Shown one piece after another: positions 60,501-64,000 of a stretch of 64,000 nucleotides of DNA. How positions within the stretch are numbered: position 1 is the first letter of the stretch; each line of letters starts with the position of its first letter. The DNA lies in contig OY771506.1 in NCBI GenBank assembly GCA_963674705.1, positions 4,608,001-4,672,000 of the forward strand. Direction: 5' to 3'. Under the pieces are notes generated by a model. That model had not been told where the DNA came from. It saw only the letters and a list, made by a program, of their open reading frames with translations, and did no database searches. Made by a program: the position numbers and the translations under genes. This DNA comes from Phycisphaeraceae bacterium. Lineage in GTDB: Bacteria; Planctomycetota; Phycisphaerae; Phycisphaerales; Phycisphaeraceae.

Positions 60501-61995
60501 GAACTTCTTCAATAATCAAGTAACTCTGAACGGCAGCAACGGCTCCAACGGCGGGACGGGCCAGCCCGGCACATCAGGCAACAACGCGGGGTATGTCTAT
60601 GTGAACGGCGGCTTACTCACCGGTGCGATTATTTCCGCCAACGGGGGCAATGGTGGCAACGGCAGTGATGGGTACTTCCCCAACCTCACCGGACGATACG
60701 GCGGCAACGGCGCAGATGGCGGTGTACTCGTGATCGGCGGCGGGCAGATGCAAGTCACTTCAATACTCAACCTGCGAGGCGGCGATGGCGGGGATGGTGG
60801 CGACGGCGACAGCGCCGTCTTCAGCTATGGCGCAGGTGGCAACGGCGGCCACGCCGGCGACGGCGGCAACATCTACATCCAGGGCGGTGAACTCATCTTT
60901 ACCAGTGGCTCCATCAATCTCTCCCCCGGCGTACCCGGCGATGGCGGGTACGGCCCCGGGAGTGCGCCCAATGGTAGCGACGGCAGCAGCGGCAGCATCG
61001 GAACGCTGCAGCTGCAAGGCGGTACACTCACCACCACCCAATCAAGACTCGACAACGCTCTCACCGGTAACTTCAGTTTCACTACCGGCACCATCCGTTT
61101 CCAGGATGCCGACTTCGACCTCGCAAGCTCGAGCCGGCTCAACGCTGTACTTGGCAGCACGACTAAGACATTCTCCAACGGACGCTCGCTTCACGTCGAC
61201 AACGTACTTAACATCAGCGCCTCACAAACACTCAACCTCGCCGCGGGCAGTTCACTCACCGCGGGCACTATCGATCACACGCTCGGCGGCACGTTCAACT
61301 TCTACGATGGCACACTGAGTTTCGGTACCTTCCAAGGCGACCTCGCCCAACTCGGCGGCATCGTCGCGCCGGGCAATTCACCGGGATCCATGCAGATCAC
61401 CGGTGATTACGATATCACCTCCGGCACCATCGAAGTCGAACTGATGGGCTTGGTTCAAGGCGCCGAATATGACTTTATCGATGTGCTGGGCGACCTGATC
61501 CTCGGCGACGCGTCGCTTGATGTAACGGTCCTCGATGCATTCACGCTGCAAACCAATCAACAGTTCGACATCCTGTCGATCACAGGAACTCGTACGGGCG
61601 CCTTCACAGGCCTGGCGGAAGGCGCGATCGTTACCAGCTTCGGCAACTATGACCTGGCTATCACCTACCTGGCGGGCGACGGCAACGACATCGCACTGAC
61701 CGTTCAGCCGACCATCGGGGGCGACCTGAACGGTGACGGCTTCGTGGGCCTGAACGATTTGGATATCGTGCTCGCTGCCTGGAACGAAGGCGTCCCACCG
61801 GGCGACCCGATCGCCGACGCCAACAACGACGGCTACATCGGCCTGGACGACCTGGACATAATCCTGGCAAACTGGAACGCCGGCACCCCACCGATTAACG
61901 ATGCAAACATCCCCGAGCCGATCACGTTGGCCACCATGCTGCTCGGGAGCCTGGCAATGCTTCGCCGATCAAAGAGGGCTGCACATTCTGTTTAG
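54560..61995 (+). pseudogene. Giant (~2478 aa when reconstructed) glycine-rich, beta-helical surface protein with autotransporter-associated beta-strand repeat, dockerin-like tail and PEP-CTERM; three frameshifts (real or sequencing errors)
   Basis: ORFs 54615..56417, 56381..57970 and 58186..61995 join after single-base corrections at ~54607 (GGG), ~56302 (CCC) and ~57910 (GGGG). Contains GTGALAKQGGGTVYLTGANTYAGGTTI, VAPGNSPG and GDLNGDGFVGL; ends IPEPITLATMLLGSLAMLRR. Confidence 0.8.
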
Positions 61996-64000
61996 TTCTT
62001 AATTGAAGCAAACCATTTATAGAGTGCCGGCAAGACCAGCAGTGTCAATACTGTTGAGGTTACAAGCCCACCTATAACAACTGTTGCCAGTGGGCGCTGG
62101 ACTTCGCTGCCGGTTCCGGTAGCAAATAACAGCGGTATCAACCCAAGTGCCGTGGTGGCTGCCGTCATTAGGACAGGGCGAACGCGCAGTGATGCCCCCT
62201 TCATACTGGCATCGTCGATTGATGCACCGTTCTGAATCAATTGATTAAGGTATGTGACCAACACCATACCGTTCTCCAGCGCGATTCCGAACAGCGCGAT
62301 GAATCCGACGGATGCGGGCACGGACAGGTTCTCGCCGAACAGCCAGAGCCCGAATACACCGCCGACAAGCGCCAATGGGATATTCAGCAGGATCAGAGCG
62401 GTATTCTTGAGAGAATTAAAGCTAAGGTAAAGCAACAGACATATCATGATGAGCGTGATCGGCACGACCAGCATGAGTCTTTGATTTGCTTGCTGGGCAA
62501 GTTCGAACTGACCGCCCCAGGTCACGTAGTAACCAGCTGGTAGAGTGACCTCACGGTCGATCAGTTGCTGCGCTTCCTTGACGAAACCTCCGATATCCCG
62601 GCCAACAACATTCGCTTGTACAGTAATGAAGCGTTGATTGTTTTCACGGGTGATCTGCCTCGGGCCGATCAACATCCGTATGGTCGCCAGGTCGCCAAGG
62701 GGGATGCGCTGGCCGTCCGGTGTGGTGATGATCAGCCGCTCTACATCTTCCATGGTCGAACGATACGGCTCCTGATAACGAACATAGATATCAAAACGAC
62801 GAACACCGTCGAAGACCTGCCCGGCATCGATACCTCCGATAGCCGACTTGATTGTCTCCTGCACCTCAGCCAGGTTGACGCCATACCGAGCCAACGCCTG
62901 GCGATCGGGTCGTATCAATAGTTGAGGCGTGCCGGTGATCTGGTCGGTCTGTACATCGGCTGCGCCCTTCATTGTACTGAGCGCGGCAGCGATCTCATCT
63001 CCCTTAGTCTTCAATGTGTCTAAGTCATCGCCGAATATCTTCACAGCAAGTTCGGCCTTGACGCCACCAATAAGCTCGTCGACTGTCAATTGAATCGGTT
63101 GGGTCAGATTAACGAAGACGCCTGGCATACCCTGTAAAGCTGTACGGATATCTGACTCGATGGCTGCTTGATCCATATCTGAACGCCACTGGTCCTTGGG
63201 CTTGAGTACTACCAAACTGTGCACCGAGTTGATCGGATCGGCATGCGCGCCGACTTCCCCCCTGCCGATACGGCTTACCACCGAATCAATCTCTGGCACG
63301 TTCATGAGTCGTTTTTCTGCCAGAAGCGTTAAACGCTTGGTTTCATTCAGTGAAATGGACGGGGCCATGGTCAGGTTAACAATCAGGTCACCTTCATTCA
63401 GTCGCGGGGTAAACTCACTACCGAGTTTCGGCACGATCAGAAACCCGGCAAACAGCATCAATACTGACAACAGGACTGCCGCCCATCTGCGCCTGACAAA
63501 CCAACTGACTAAAGGGCGGTAGATAACCAGTATTGCCCGGACAATGATCGGCTCCTTGGCCATATCCGAATCATTATTGTTTGTCTGCTGCTTTGCCCAT
63601 GCTTTGCGACGCCTCATGATCAGGTCAGCAAAGATGGGCGCCACGACGATTGCAAAGATCAGTGATCCGAGCATCGCCAGGGCGACTGTATACGCAAGTG
63701 GCCGGAATGTCTTGCCCTCAACGCCTTGCAGTGTGAACAGCGGGAGAAACACAATGATAATGATGGCGATCGCGAACACGATCGGTCGGGCAACCTCGTG
63801 GCAGGCTTTTGCCACGATAGTTGTTCGCGGCTCGTTCTCGTCTGATTCGTGTAGGACACGGTCGATGTTTTCCACCATGACGATGGTGCCGTCGACCATC
63901 ATACCGATCGCGATCGCCAGACCTCCAAGCGACATCAGGTTTGCAGAGATGCCGAAGTAGCCCATGGCCAGCGTGGCGAACAGAACCGAGAAGGGAATAG
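61992..64000 (-). CDS. CusA/CzcA-family heavy-metal efflux RND permease, 3' part (5' end outside the window)
   Basis: SANLMSLGGLAIAIGMMVDGTIVMVEN; EGKTFRPLA; GSEF.P.LNEG; RPVLMTA; GSEVQRPLATVVIGG. Confidence 0.92.
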   Translation of the reverse strand, partial: IPFSVLFATLAMGYFGISANLMSLGGLAIAIGMMVDGTIVMVENIDRVLHESDENEPRTTIVAKACHEVARPIVFAIAIIIIVFLPLFTLQGVEGKTFRPLAYTVALAMLGSLIFAIVVAPIFADLIMRRRKAWAKQQTNNNDSDMAKEPIIVRAILVIYRPLVSWFVRRRWAAVLLSVLMLFAGFLIVPKLGSEFTPRLNEGDLIVNLTMAPSISLNETKRLTLLAEKRLMNVPEIDSVVSRIGRGEVGAHADPINSVHSLVVLKPKDQWRSDMDQAAIESDIRTALQGMPGVFVNLTQPIQLTVDELIGGVKAELAVKIFGDDLDTLKTKGDEIAAALSTMKGAADVQTDQITGTPQLLIRPDRQALARYGVNLAEVQETIKSAIGGIDAGQVFDGVRRFDIYVRYQEPYRSTMEDVERLIITTPDGQRIPLGDLATIRMLIGPRQITRENNQRFITVQANVVGRDIGGFVKEAQQLIDREVTLPAGYYVTWGGQFELAQQANQRLMLVVPITLIMICLLLYLSFNSLKNTALILLNIPLALVGGVFGLWLFGENLSVPASVGFIALFGIALENGMVLVTYLNQLIQNGASIDDASMKGASLRVRPVLMTAATTALGLIPLLFATGTGSEVQRPLATVVIGGLVTSTVLTLLVLPALYKWFASIKN

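Overview
GC-rich bacterial window that looks planctomycetal, probably class Phycisphaerae. This is an inference from the many PEP-CTERM proteins, the GDLNGDGFVGLDDLD dockerin-like tails and four [11 protein letters not shown] prepilin/DUF1559-type proteins. Contents in order: (1) 1-11 kb, a minus-strand, LacI-associated glycan locus with an SSS transporter, four BNR/sialidase-like proteins, a prepilin-like protein and LamG/PEP-CTERM proteins built by domain mix-and-match. (2) 11.8-21.2 kb, a four-gene operon encoding a YqiJ/NfeD-like protein, a flotillin, a 1861-aa AAA+ ATPase and a PspA/IM30-like protein. (3) 21.2-25.6 kb, two paralogous PEP-CTERM proteins with a shared RLxxY(S/T)AAAG leader, flanking a cytoplasmic AlkP-superfamily/TPR enzyme. 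(4) 25.8-40 kb, an XylR-type regulator, sugar ABC components, two GH30-like enzymes, a GH130, tandem prepilin-like paralogs and a nested palindromic repeat element. A 21-bp-spaced direct-repeat motif precedes five to six transcription units across regions 3 and 4. (5) 40-54 kb, an esterase, prepilin-like and PEP-CTERM proteins, LacI, a GH-A hydrolase, a fused SBP-permease, a Gfo/Idh/MocA oxidoreductase, AraC and uxaE. (6) 54.6-62 kb, one ~2478-aa glycine-rich, beta-helical PEP-CTERM surface protein interrupted by three single-base indels. (7) The 3' part of a CzcA/CusA RND pump. No rRNA, tRNA, CRISPR array or transposase was recognised. All family calls come from motif recognition by eye; no database searches were run.
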